From: Candidatus Woesearchaeota archaeon
GTDB lineage: Archaea > Nanobdellota > Nanobdellia > Woesearchaeales > GW2011-AR4
Length of the DNA stretch: 64,000 nt
Direction: 5' to 3'
NCBI GenBank assembly: GCA_016188245.1
Contig: JACPIE010000040.1
Coordinates: forward strand, 64,365 to 128,364
The notes beneath the pieces are model-generated. The model was not told the origin of the DNA, searched no databases, and saw only the letters and a list, made by a program, of their open reading frames with translations. Positions within the stretch are counted from its first letter, which is position 1. Every line of letters starts with the position of its first letter. A program made the translations under genes and the position numbers. Shown here one piece after another: positions 55,459 to 64,000 of this stretch.

Positions 55459-55696
55459 CTGACACCACCCTGTAGAAAACTGCATCTCCGGCAGTCGGGC
55501 TTTTTCTTATGATTTTGACAATGTCGCCAGGCTTTGCCTCAAGCTCTTTTATGGCAGAATCAGTCTTCTGTATTTTTGGAAGCTCCTTGGAAGTAACGTG
55601 GTATCTTTCCAGCAGCTGTGCCTTTTCTTTTTCGCCAAGCTTAAGGTGTTTTGGAGTAAGTGTATGCTTATCGACTTTGAATTTGGGTTTTTTCAT
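55451..55696 (-). CDS. rpoH: DNA-directed RNA polymerase subunit H (Rpb5-like)
   Basis: HTLTPKHLKLGEKEKAQLLERYHVTSKELPKIQKTDSAIKELEAKPGDIVKIIRKSPTAGDAVFYRVV. Start at MKKPKF. Confidence 0.9.
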   Translation of the reverse strand: MKKPKFKVDKHTLTPKHLKLGEKEKAQLLERYHVTSKELPKIQKTDSAIKELEAKPGDIVKIIRKSPTAGDAVFYRVVSDV

Positions 55697-55846
55697 CTTT
55701 TGGTTGCCACTGTTCCAAATCAAGTGGAACGCGAGTGAGCTTCGTTTTTGCGAATTCGCTCACAACTCACTGTGGATTTTAGTTTTGTTGAATCAGCTTT
55801 TCAATGCTGATTCTTATTTTTTGAATTTTTGTGTGATTTTCAAAAG

Positions 55847-56026
55847 TGGGCCGGACGAGACATGCGTGGCTTCGAGACACGCTCGCGTGCCATTTCGGAC
55901 TCGCGACCACCTGATTAAAAGTTTCACCAATGAACTGCCTGAAATTTTTCCAGACTCGGTTCAACACAGGTGCTCTTTCCTGCATGCAAGTTAAGGCTTG
56001 CAGGTACCAGGCTGAGCTACCGGCCC
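55847..56026 (-). tRNA. tRNA-Lys(UUU)-like gene, 180 nt, apparently with three introns (D-loop, anticodon stem, T-loop)
   Basis: GGGCCGG-TA-GCTC-AGCCTGGTA-[about 27 nt hairpin]-A-GAGC-A-CCTG-[44 nt]-A-CTTTTAA-TCAGG-TGGTC-GCGAG-TCCGAA-[33 nt]-T-CTCGT-CCGGCCC-A. Perfect 7-bp acceptor stem. The T-loop is non-canonical at position 55 under this model. Confidence 0.65.
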
Positions 56027-56039
56027 ATGAGCATAAAAG

Positions 56040-56206
56040 CGCCCTGGTCGGGACTTTCAAGCGAAACCTTTGCAGGCTGCAATTTTTGAACCCGAGTCGG
56101 AGCCGTTTTGCGGCATTATTCATGCCACGACAGGGCTCCATGATGGTTCCTGCAGCAATAATTGTTTATGGCCTTTTTATGCTGATCCAGGCTACACTAC
56201 CAGGGC
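56040..56206 (-). tRNA. tRNA-Asp(GUC)-like gene, 167 nt, apparently with three introns (D/anticodon junction, canonical 37/38, T-loop 59/60)
   Basis: GCCCTGG-TA-GTGT-AGCCTGGATCA-GCAT-[about 39 nt]-GAGCC-CTGTCG-[22 nt]-C-GGCTC-CGAC-TCGGG-TTCAAA-[31 nt]-T-CCCGA-CCAGGGC-G. All stems are Watson-Crick or G-U; discriminator is G. Confidence 0.7.
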
Positions 56207-56571
56207 AAATAGCCGGTAAAAAGGTATAGGAACCCCACATTAGCAAAATTGACAATGAAATCATAGTCTTTTGTCTAAAGAAGGATTATTTCCCATCATA
56301 AATGGGAGACTAAAGTTATTTATAAAGCTTTTGGAATCTGATATATGAAATTCAAAAGAGCCCGAAAATTCATAGAATTTGCATGGTTGCGGATTTTTTT
56401 GATTGCTTAAATGGGGTTTATACTCTGCAGCTTGCTGCGATATTTTAACTCAATTTGAGGCTTAAAAATCCCCACAGTTTGCTGTGATTGGGATTTTAAT
56501 TTTTCTAGGGTTTTATTACTAATCAGACTACAAGGAAAAAAATTTAAAAACATCAAAGAATTTCAAAGATT

Positions 56572-57117
56572 ATGAAGCGAATGGAGTTATATGAGGGTGG
56601 ACCTGATTTAGATAGGCGTGTTGCACTAATCCCTCCTGTCATCGAAATTGCCGTTACTATGCTCCCTTATCAAAAAAGTATGATTGCAATTCATAGTCCA
56701 CAGCTGCATACTGGTAAAATTGAAGATAAGATAAGGAAAAGATATGTAGAGGGGGATCCTGACTTTGCTTATTGGATTTTATCTGACAAAACAATAGGGA
56801 GTTTTGCTGCATATGGGCACAGAATAAGCAAACTTGCAAAGCTAATAGCGGAGTTTTTAGATGGCAACACACGGGCGGATGGCTCTTTGCCGCAATTAAT
56901 ATACCTGGGGACAGGCATAGAGATAGATGAAAATGGGGGATTGGTCAAAGATGGAGAAACATTAAGAATCCATGAACCTGAATCAGTAAACTATTTTCCG
57001 AGTGATACTTATTTGCCAACTCCATCGTCCCTTGATAAGCTGAAAGAAGCAGTTAAGGCCGAGTTCGAAATATTACAAAGGTTAAAACGAACTTCACTTT
57101 TAAAGAAAGTTAGCTGA
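56572..57117 (+). CDS. Hypothetical protein (181 aa)
   Basis: ORF only. Confidence 0.5.
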   Translation: MKRMELYEGGPDLDRRVALIPPVIEIAVTMLPYQKSMIAIHSPQLHTGKIEDKIRKRYVEGDPDFAYWILSDKTIGSFAAYGHRISKLAKLIAEFLDGNTRADGSLPQLIYLGTGIEIDENGGLVKDGETLRIHEPESVNYFPSDTYLPTPSSLDKLKEAVKAEFEILQRLKRTSLLKKVS

Positions 57118-57192
57118 TTTGCGATTGTCAAAATTTAATGATTTATTTTTAATCCCGCAACATTTAAATATAAAAATCAAATTCTATAATTA

Positions 57193-57303
57193 ATGAAAAG
57201 AAGCTCTCGTCGGTGGAAGAAAAAGCAGCAGATGCGCTGGAAATGGCAGCGAAAGAGAATGAAGAAAGAGAGAAGGCTGAGAAAGCAGCACAGGGCTGGG
57301 TAA
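57193..57303 (+). CDS. rpl41e: Ribosomal protein eL41 (36 aa; below the ORF-track cutoff)
   Basis: My translation MKRSSRRWKKKQQMRWKWQRKRMKKERRLRKQHRAG* matches the archaeal L41e pattern KRSSRRWKKK..MRWKW..KR....R. CATTTAAATATAAAAA lies about 25-30 nt upstream. Confidence 0.7.
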   Translation: MKRSSRRWKKKQQMRWKWQRKRMKKERRLRKQHRAG

Positions 57304-57350
57304 ATAGTTTTTCCAGATAGATTTTTAAATGATCCTACCTTACCAAAGAG

Positions 57351-57836
57351 GTGGACAGATACAATGCATTTGTTTCTAAAGTAATTGAGCCAGGTCTGGT
57401 CTTGTTACCGACTGAAGCTTATTTAAAAAAATTAGTTGCTGAACCTGGTTTTCCACATGAGAGTTTGGGAGATTTTTTCTCTACTGTCCCTTTAAAAGGA
57501 TTGGCATCGCGAATTCATGATATTTTAAAAGATAAATCTGAAATGCCAATTGATTTGGTTGATGTCAATAGCTTTAATGAACTACTCGCAAAACCTGATT
57601 TTACTTATATCATAGACGGCAAAGGTCAAGTAAGAATCTATTACCCGCTACATCATGCTGGTGTAACAGATGACGCCGGATTCGCTTATGGAATTTTTAG
57701 TTTAGCGTTTTTACCTGAATTATTTGCAAAAGCACCAAAAGGAAGTTTACAGGAATTTTTGAGGCAACATAGAGAAAGATGGAGTAATCATGGTAAAATG
57801 CTATATGGGCACCAGGACTTACCAGAAATAAATTAA
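57351..57836 (+). CDS. Hypothetical protein (161 aa, GTG start)
   Basis: ORF only. Confidence 0.45.
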   Translation: MDRYNAFVSKVIEPGLVLLPTEAYLKKLVAEPGFPHESLGDFFSTVPLKGLASRIHDILKDKSEMPIDLVDVNSFNELLAKPDFTYIIDGKGQVRIYYPLHHAGVTDDAGFAYGIFSLAFLPELFAKAPKGSLQEFLRQHRERWSNHGKMLYGHQDLPEIN

Positions 57837-57907
57837 TAAATCAACCTCAAAAATTTCCCCACAAACTATATAAACAAACAAATTTTCTTTTTCTTAAGGT
57901 AGTTACA

Positions 57908-59206
57908 ATGTCAATGATGGATGATATTTCAAAGGCTGACCCTGAGATTTTTGAAGCTATAAAAAAAGAAGGAATAAGGATAAGGGAAGGCGTTGAATTA
58001 ATCCCGAGCGAGAATTTTGTTTCAAAGGCTGTTCTTCAGGCATATGCCACTTTTTTCACAAACAAGTATTCTGAAGGCTACCCCGGAAAAAGGTATTATG
58101 GCGGGAACCAGTTTGTTGACGTTGTTGAAAATCTCGCGATTGAAAGAGCCAAGAAATTATTCGGGGCTGAGCACGTCAATGTGCAGCCTTATTCTGGCAG
58201 CCCGGCAAACCAGGCTGTGTTCTTCGCATTGCTGAATTTAGGCGATACTTTCATGGGGTTTGACTTAAGCGCAGGCGGTCACCTTACTCATGGCTCCCCT
58301 GTAAATTTCTCCGGCAAGTTTTACAAATGCGTACCTTACAATGTCGACAAAGAAACAGAATTGCTGGATTATGATGTTATGATGAAGCAGGCAAAAGACT
58401 GCAAACCAAAAATGATCTTGTCGGGGCTGACAGCGTACCCAAGAAAAATTGACTTCAAGGCGTTCAAAGAAATCTGCGACGAAGTTGGAGCTTACCATTT
58501 TGCAGACATCGCCCATATTTCAGGATTGTGCGCAACAGGAGTCCACCAAAACCCGATTCCATACTGCGATGTTGTGACAACAACAACCCACAAAACATTA
58601 AGAGGACCAAGAGGCGCAATGATAATGTGCAAAATAGAGGACAGGCTCGATAAAGAAGGCAAAAAAAACCTTGCACAGAAAATTGATTCTGCTGTTTTTC
58701 CGGGGCTCCAGGGAGGGCCTCACGACCATGTCAATGCGGCAAAGGCAGTTGCCTTCAGGGAAGCGCTTCATCCAGACTACAAAGAATACTGCGAGCAGAT
58801 CGTGAAAAATGCAAAAGCTCTTGCAAGCTCCCTGATGGACGAAGGGCTCGAGCTTGTGACAGGAGGAACCGACAATCACCTGATGGTTGTGAAGCTTGTC
58901 AATAAAGGATTGACAGGCAAAGGCAAGGAAATCCAGAATGCGCTTGGAGAGGCTGAAATTTACTGCAACAAAAACTCAATTCCCTACGAGCCAGGCTCCC
59001 CGTTCAACCCCAGCGGAATAAGGCTTGGAACTCCGGCAATAACAACAAGGGGGATGAAGGAAAGCGAGATGAAAGCAATAGGGGAGTGCATTGCAAAAGT
59101 GATTGGCAATTATCAAGATAAGGGGGTTATTGAAAAAGTGAAAAGTAATATTTTGGAGTTGTGCAAAGACTTTCCATTATATCCTGGAATGGAAGTGCTT
59201 AGGTAA
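57908..59206 (+). CDS. glyA: Serine hydroxymethyltransferase
   Basis: [26 protein letters not shown] and [13 protein letters not shown] (PLP-Lys). Confidence 0.95.
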   Translation: MSMMDDISKADPEIFEAIKKEGIRIREGVELIPSENFVSKAVLQAYATFFTNKYSEGYPGKRYYGGNQFVDVVENLAIERAKKLFGAEHVNVQPYSGSPANQAVFFALLNLGDTFMGFDLSAGGHLTHGSPVNFSGKFYKCVPYNVDKETELLDYDVMMKQAKDCKPKMILSGLTAYPRKIDFKAFKEICDEVGAYHFADIAHISGLCATGVHQNPIPYCDVVTTTTHKTLRGPRGAMIMCKIEDRLDKEGKKNLAQKIDSAVFPGLQGGPHDHVNAAKAVAFREALHPDYKEYCEQIVKNAKALASSLMDEGLELVTGGTDNHLMVVKLVNKGLTGKGKEIQNALGEAEIYCNKNSIPYEPGSPFNPSGIRLGTPAITTRGMKESEMKAIGECIAKVIGNYQDKGVIEKVKSNILELCKDFPLYPGMEVLR

Positions 59207-59253
59207 TCTTTAGTGTTGCTTTGGGTTGTTCATAAATTTTCAGGGGTGTTTTT

Positions 59254-60171
59254 GTGGTATTATGCATTGTCGCTCTTCCGGTTTTCGCAATTCTTGGAAT
59301 TTTCAGCCTGAGGTACAGGAAGCTGGCTGTTGAATCGCTGCACTGCCTTTTCAGGACCGCAATTTTTAGGCCGTGCAGGAGCGGGCTTGATGAAAATATA
59401 AAATCCTCGATAACCGGCAAGGTGATGAAGTACTCCCCAAAAGCTGCCGGAGCCATGTACAGGCATTATAGGATATTATCTTTGCTATTCTTAATCGTGT
59501 TATTGTTAAGCGCTTACTGGACAGCTGCCGGCGTATACAATTACTGGAAATACGGGAACTGCAACGGGCCTGAAGAAACGGGATTTTGCATGTTTGACCC
59601 TGCGGGGGAGAACAGCAGGATTTCAGAAACTGATGTTGATTCAATAACCCAAGTGGTCATTCCCAAAGTTGAAAATGGCGATCCCCTCATAGGAAATCCA
59701 AATGCAGAGATTACAATAATAGAGTTTGGCTGTTACGCATGCCCTTTCACAAAAAAAGCAGAGCCTATCATCAATGAGGTACTGGAACATTACAAAGGAA
59801 AGGTAAACTTGCAGTTCAGGACATTTTACATTCCCAACCATAATTTGAGCTACACATCAGCACTTGCTGCAAACTGCGCAATGGAGCAGGGAAAATATCT
59901 TGAGTACCACAAAAAGCTTTTTGAGATGCAGGAAAGCATGGCAAAAGACAAGCTTTTTGCAATAGCCGACAGCATTGGGCTGGAGCAGAAAAACTTCACT
60001 TTGTGCATGGAATCAAACAGATACAGGCAGGAGATTGACTCTGACTCGCTTGCAGGAATCCATGGTGGCGTAAGGGGCACACCCACATTTTTCATCAACA
60101 GCCAAAGGATTGCAGGGCCAAAGCCTTTTAGGACATTCAAAACAATAATTGACTCGGAGCTGAAGAAATGA
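59254..60171 (+). CDS. Membrane-anchored DsbA-like thioredoxin-fold oxidoreductase
   Basis: IIEFGCYACPFTKKAEP (CxxC) and GVRGTPTFFINSQRI (cis-Pro loop region), with N-terminal TM segments. GTG start uncertain (alternative ATG at 59422). Confidence 0.75.
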   Translation: MVLCIVALPVFAILGIFSLRYRKLAVESLHCLFRTAIFRPCRSGLDENIKSSITGKVMKYSPKAAGAMYRHYRILSLLFLIVLLLSAYWTAAGVYNYWKYGNCNGPEETGFCMFDPAGENSRISETDVDSITQVVIPKVENGDPLIGNPNAEITIIEFGCYACPFTKKAEPIINEVLEHYKGKVNLQFRTFYIPNHNLSYTSALAANCAMEQGKYLEYHKKLFEMQESMAKDKLFAIADSIGLEQKNFTLCMESNRYRQEIDSDSLAGIHGGVRGTPTFFINSQRIAGPKPFRTFKTIIDSELKK

Positions 60172-61373
60172 TTTTTGGGTTTGATGCAAACAAGGCAAGA
60201 AAGGATTTTCCTGTTTTGTCAAAGGATATTATATATTTTGACAATGCATGCATGTCGCTAAAGCCATTGCAGGTGATTGAAAGAATAAATGAATACTACA
60301 AGGAATACAGCGCATGCGCAGGAAGGAGCGCGCACAAGTTGGCATCCAGGGTGGAGAATGAAGTTGCAAAATCAAGGGAAGAATTAAGAAAGATTGTAAA
60401 TGCAAAGAAGCAGGAAGAGATTATCTTCACAAGAAACACAACAGAGGGCATCAATCTTGTCGCAAATTCCATAGGATTAAGGAAAGGCGACGAGGTGATA
60501 ATCAGCGACAAGGAGCACAACTCTAATTTGCTGCCATGGCTAAAACTCAGAAAAAATGGGATGATAGTAAAAATCTGCCCGGGGAACAGTGATGGAACAT
60601 TCAATCTTGAAAATTTTGAAAAGCTGATTTCAAAAAAAACGAAGATTGTTTCCGTTGTCTTTACATCGAATGTTGACGGAGTTACAAATCCAATAAAGGG
60701 AATATGCAAGATTGCGCATGATAATGGCTCATTGGTGCTTGCTGATGGAGCGCAGGCCGTGCCGAGCCATGAGGTTGATGTGGGGGGCCTTGATGTTGAT
60801 TTTCTTGCATTTTCAGGGCACAAGATGCTTGGCCCAACAGGAACAGGCGTGCTTTACGGAAAAAAGAAGCTTTTGGAAAAGATGGACCAGTTCATAATCG
60901 GAGGGGAAACAGTCACGAACACCAATTACGATTCATATGAGATGGAAGAGCTTCCGATGAAGTTTGAAGCAGGCCTGCAGGATTATGCTGGGATAATAGG
61001 GCTCGGGGAGGCGTGCAGATACCTAAAAAGAGTAGGCTTAGGCAGTATAAAAAAGCAGGAGCTGAAGCTTAATGCCCTTATTTCCAGAGAGCTATTGAAG
61101 AATGAAAAAATCAGGATATTGGGCCCCGGGGATGCCGGGCAAAGGAGCGGGATTTTCTCTTTCAACATAAAGGGAATGAATCCGCACAATGTTTCAAAGA
61201 TCCTTGAAAATTCAAGAAATATTCTTACAAGAAGCGGGATGCACTGCGTGCACAGCTGGTTCAACAGCAGGAAGATTGGGGGAAGCGTGAGGGCATCCAT
61301 GTACTTTTACAATACCGAAGAGGAAGCTGAAATTTTCGTTGGGGAAGTGCAAAAAATCTGCAAGGCTTTTTAG
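60168..61373 (+). CDS. Cysteine desulfurase (class V aminotransferase, SufS/Csd-like)
   Basis: LADGAQAVPSHEVDV, FLAFSGHKMLGPTGTGVLYG (PLP-Lys) and RSGMHCVH (active-site Cys). Confidence 0.85.
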   Translation: MIFGFDANKARKDFPVLSKDIIYFDNACMSLKPLQVIERINEYYKEYSACAGRSAHKLASRVENEVAKSREELRKIVNAKKQEEIIFTRNTTEGINLVANSIGLRKGDEVIISDKEHNSNLLPWLKLRKNGMIVKICPGNSDGTFNLENFEKLISKKTKIVSVVFTSNVDGVTNPIKGICKIAHDNGSLVLADGAQAVPSHEVDVGGLDVDFLAFSGHKMLGPTGTGVLYGKKKLLEKMDQFIIGGETVTNTNYDSYEMEELPMKFEAGLQDYAGIIGLGEACRYLKRVGLGSIKKQELKLNALISRELLKNEKIRILGPGDAGQRSGIFSFNIKGMNPHNVSKILENSRNILTRSGMHCVHSWFNSRKIGGSVRASMYFYNTEEEAEIFVGEVQKICKAF

Positions 61374-61413
61374 CGCAGTTAATTTTAAATACAGCCATCA
61401 ATATTCTTGTGTT

Positions 61414-62256
61414 ATGCCGGCCAAAATCATTGACGGAAAGAAAATAGCTGACGGAATCCTGGAGAACCTGAAGTCAAAAGTGAAAAGCATGAATGAAAAG
61501 CCGGGCCTGGCTCTGGTTTTGGTTGGAGATAATCCTGCTTCTGAGATTTATGTTAATTTCAAGGAGAAGACATGCAAAGAAGTGGGATTTTACTGCGAAA
61601 GGCACAATTTTGGCAAGGATGCAGATGAGATGGAGCTGCTTAACTTGGTTACCCAATTAAACAACAGCCCAAAGATACACGGCATTCTGGTGCAATTGCC
61701 TTTGCCAAAGCAGATTGATGAAAATCTAATAACAAATTCCATACTGCCCCACAAAGATGTGGACGGATTTACTGCAGTAAGCCTCGGGCATCTTTTTTCA
61801 GGCAACACAATAATGGCGCCTGCAACGGCCATGGCAGTCATGCGCCTGATTGAGTCAACCGGAACAAGGATTGAAGGAAAGAATGCAGTTGTTGTTGGGA
61901 GAAGCAACATCGTAGGCAAGCCGGTTGCAATGATGCTGCTTGAGAAGAACACCACTGTCACAATTTGCCACTCCAAGACAGAAGGTATCGCAGAGAAAGC
62001 AAGAAAGGCAGATATACTGGTTGCCGCTGTCGGAAAGCCAAAATTGATAACTAAAGAGATGGTTAAGGAAGGCGCTGTCGTGATTGATGTTGGCATCAAC
62101 AGGGTAAACGGAAAAATTGTCGGAGATGTTGATTTTGAGAATGTCAAGGAAGTTGCAGGCTTCATCACTCCTGTTCCAAAAGGAGTCGGCCCGATGACAA
62201 TTGCAATGCTTATGGAAAACACGCTGAAGGCAATGGAATTGGCTAAGAAAATTTGA
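61414..62256 (+). CDS. folD: Bifunctional methylenetetrahydrofolate dehydrogenase/cyclohydrolase
   Basis: PGLALVLVGDNPASEIYV, GILVQLPLP, VVVGRSNIVGKPVAMML and TPVPKGVGPMTIAML. Start at MPAKIIDGK. Confidence 0.9.
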   Translation: MPAKIIDGKKIADGILENLKSKVKSMNEKPGLALVLVGDNPASEIYVNFKEKTCKEVGFYCERHNFGKDADEMELLNLVTQLNNSPKIHGILVQLPLPKQIDENLITNSILPHKDVDGFTAVSLGHLFSGNTIMAPATAMAVMRLIESTGTRIEGKNAVVVGRSNIVGKPVAMMLLEKNTTVTICHSKTEGIAEKARKADILVAAVGKPKLITKEMVKEGAVVIDVGINRVNGKIVGDVDFENVKEVAGFITPVPKGVGPMTIAMLMENTLKAMELAKKI

Positions 62257-62290
62257 TTTGCTGAGGTTAAATTTTAGGCAGTTTGTAAAA

Positions 62291-62989
62291 ATGATAAATT
62301 CTGAATTTACAGTTGTTGAAACGAAGCAGGAAACTCATGATGTTGAAAGCATTAAGCTTTACCTTGGCAACAAATTTGACTTCAAGCCCGGGCAATACAT
62401 GATTATGGAGCTTGATGTTGAAGATGCAGAAAACGGAAACACGAGGCCTTTGTCAATTGCCTCCTCCCCAACCGAGGATTTTCTTTTGTTCTCGACAAAA
62501 ATTTCGCAAAGCTTTTTTAAGCAAAAGCTGGATAGCCTAAAGGCTGGTGACAGGGTAAAACTAAAAGGTCCAATGGGGGTTTTTGTCCTTAAAGAGGATG
62601 CGAAAGAGATTGTTTTTCTTGGAGGGGGCATTGGAATAACTCCTTTTCGCAGTATGATTAAATATGCGACTGACAAAAAATTGCAGATAAAAATGACATT
62701 GATTTATTCCAACAGGGCAAAAAAGGATATTGTCTATTTTGACGATTTCAATGAGATGGAAAGGCAAAACCCAAATTTTAAAATGGTTAATACCCTAACC
62801 GATGATACGACGGATTGGAAAGGAAAAACAGGAAGGATAAGCGAAGCGATGATAAAAGAATTCAGCAGCGAAAAAACTTTGTTCTACATATGCGGGCCTC
62901 CCGGAATGGTTGACGCATTGTCAAATTTATTGAAGTCAATGAATGTTCCTCAGCAGGATATAAGGATTGAGAAGTTTGCCGGGTATTGA
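62291..62989 (+). CDS. Ferredoxin-NADP reductase-like FAD/NAD(P)-binding oxidoreductase
   Basis: FKPGQYMIMEL, RPLSIASSP (RxYS-type FAD motif), FLGGGIGITPFRSM and YICGPPGMV. Confidence 0.8.
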   Translation: MINSEFTVVETKQETHDVESIKLYLGNKFDFKPGQYMIMELDVEDAENGNTRPLSIASSPTEDFLLFSTKISQSFFKQKLDSLKAGDRVKLKGPMGVFVLKEDAKEIVFLGGGIGITPFRSMIKYATDKKLQIKMTLIYSNRAKKDIVYFDDFNEMERQNPNFKMVNTLTDDTTDWKGKTGRISEAMIKEFSSEKTLFYICGPPGMVDALSNLLKSMNVPQQDIRIEKFAGY

Positions 62990-63002
62990 ATTTAGCCGTG
63001 CA

Positions 63003-63830
63003 TCATAATTCCCCGTAATCCCTCTTCATCATCAATGCATCCCCCTCAATGTTCGGGCTTTCAGAGATGACAACGCCTTTGGCCTTGAAGTCTTTTAAAG
63101 CCTTCAGGAGCTCTTTGTACTTTAAATCCGAATCTTCCAGAGTCAGGTGGTGCTTCTCCCCCTTGGGGCCGTATGCAATTCCTGTGATGTGTATGTGCAT
63201 GTTCTCCAGCCCTTTCTTTCCAAGGGATTTTTCTATTTTTTCCAGTATGCTGCAGAATTCATCATATGTGTTGAACTTTCCGTTTGTCCTTGCATGGAAA
63301 TGCGCAAAGTCCACGCACGGCATTACATTGCAAAATTCCTGGCTTAACTGCAGGATTTCATCAACATTCCCGAACTGGGTGGCTTTGCCTGTTGTCTCCG
63401 GCCTTATCCATATCTTATTATTCTCTTTTTTTAAGGCTGATGAAATTTCCCCCAGGTTTTGTTTTATCGCATCATAAGCTTTTTTTGGATCCTGCCCCAT
63501 GTAAAACCCCGCATGAAAGCAGACGCTGTAGCCGCCGCATAAATATGCAATTCTTGCTGAATTCAAAATTCTTTCAATGCTTGCCTTTACTTTTGCCATT
63601 TCCGAAGAATTCAAGTTGATGAAGTAAGGCGCGTGGCATGTCAATACAACATTGCTTTCTTCAGCAGCTTTTTTTACCTGAGGAGCTTTGTCTTTTGTGA
63701 TATTGACGCTTCTCACAAACTCAAGCTCCATTGCCCCAAGCCCGAGCTTCCTTACATGCCTTATCCCGTCTGCTGTTGCGCCTTTCGCGCTCAGCGGAAT
63801 GCCTGCTGTGCCGAATAGCAGCTCTTTCAT
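63003..63830 (-). CDS. Xylose-isomerase-like TIM-barrel protein (AP endonuclease family 2 / endonuclease IV-like)
   Basis: LFGTAGIPLS, GLGAMELEFV, LTCHAPYFINL, VCFHAGF, VDFAHFHAR and MHIHITG (metal-ligand His/Glu pattern). Start at MKELLFG. Confidence 0.65.
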   Translation of the reverse strand: MKELLFGTAGIPLSAKGATADGIRHVRKLGLGAMELEFVRSVNITKDKAPQVKKAAEESNVVLTCHAPYFINLNSSEMAKVKASIERILNSARIAYLCGGYSVCFHAGFYMGQDPKKAYDAIKQNLGEISSALKKENNKIWIRPETTGKATQFGNVDEILQLSQEFCNVMPCVDFAHFHARTNGKFNTYDEFCSILEKIEKSLGKKGLENMHIHITGIAYGPKGEKHHLTLEDSDLKYKELLKALKDFKAKGVVISESPNIEGDALMMKRDYGEL

Positions 63831-64000
63831 AAAAAAAATAGAAAACACCATTGTTTTTAAAGATTGCCAATGTATGATTCATCCTATGCCACCGGCTCAG
63901 TAGAAAGTCTTAAGTAAAACACCCCCTCTTGCATTGCAAAAGAGGGGTGGGGAAGGATAAGTTCCCCATGAAAAAGCAAGAAAGACTAGTAAATAAAATA

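Noticed and set aside
56041-56065. Minus-strand GAAAGUCCCGACCAGGGC resembling RNase P RNA conserved region I (GAGGAAAGUCC)
   Set aside because: It falls in the T-loop insert, T-stem and acceptor 3' strand of the tRNA-Asp-like gene. No CR-IV/CR-V counterparts are nearby, and the tRNA model explains the sequence better.
55779-56229. ORFs of 120 aa (minus) and 99 aa (plus) in the ORF track
   Set aside because: They overlap the two tRNA genes in a GC-rich structured region, have no start context or recognisable motifs, and are almost certainly non-coding.
56410-56510. Two similar 25-30 nt units that might be a tiny CRISPR array
   Set aside because: There are only two imperfect copies, no regular spacer architecture and no cas genes in the window.
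63921-63950. Long imperfect palindrome CCCCTCTTGCATTGCAAAAGAGGGG near the window end
   Set aside because: It could be a terminator or a protein-binding site, but it sits at the window edge without context and cannot be interpreted.

Overview
AT-rich archaeal window. Evidence for archaeal origin: split rpoA1/rpoA2 and rpoB2/rpoB1, rpoH, aIF-1A, eL30/eL41, BRE/TATA promoters about 25 nt upstream of start codons, and pilins with class III signal peptides. The small-genome gene content and giant Cys-rich secreted proteins suggest a DPANN-type symbiont, but this is inference only. All product calls rest on motifs I recognise in the translations; no searches were run. Layout: (1) 1-2200: partial Tat-signal protein, aIF-1A and small membrane paralogs. 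(2) 2200-10100: accessory island where a roughly 50-bp promoter block recurs four times. It heads two nucleotidyltransferase (AbiE-like) pairs, an AAA ATPase and two paralogous Tat-signal HExxH-family proteins; a PIN/UPF0175 pair lies on the other strand. The island also holds a truncated duplicate of the giant-gene 5' end carrying a 59-nt hairpin-element insertion. (3) 10174-22239: four-gene operon with 2033-aa and 1475-aa secreted proteins. (4) 22289-30612: RDD protein, SppA, a compositionally odd membrane gene, a Fic gene bracketed by 16-bp inverted repeats, a 1209-aa S8 protease and a short Dph2. (5) 30777-44391: permease-methyltransferase fusion, a 10-kb archaeal type IV pilus locus interrupted by a Bro-N/DinD-like gene, and an Lnt-like acyltransferase. 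(6) 45118-55696: RNA polymerase/ribosomal protein cluster with rpoA2 upstream of rpoA1 and three ORFan insertions. (7) 55847-56206: two tRNA genes that each appear to carry three introns. (8) 56572-63830: housekeeping genes (eL41, glyA, DsbA-like, cysteine desulfurase, folD, FNR-like, TIM-barrel AP-endonuclease-like). The most noteworthy items are the tri-intronic tRNAs, the Tat-HExxH plus giant-adhesin/transglutaminase module, the rearranged RNAP cluster, and the recurrent promoter cassette and hairpin element.
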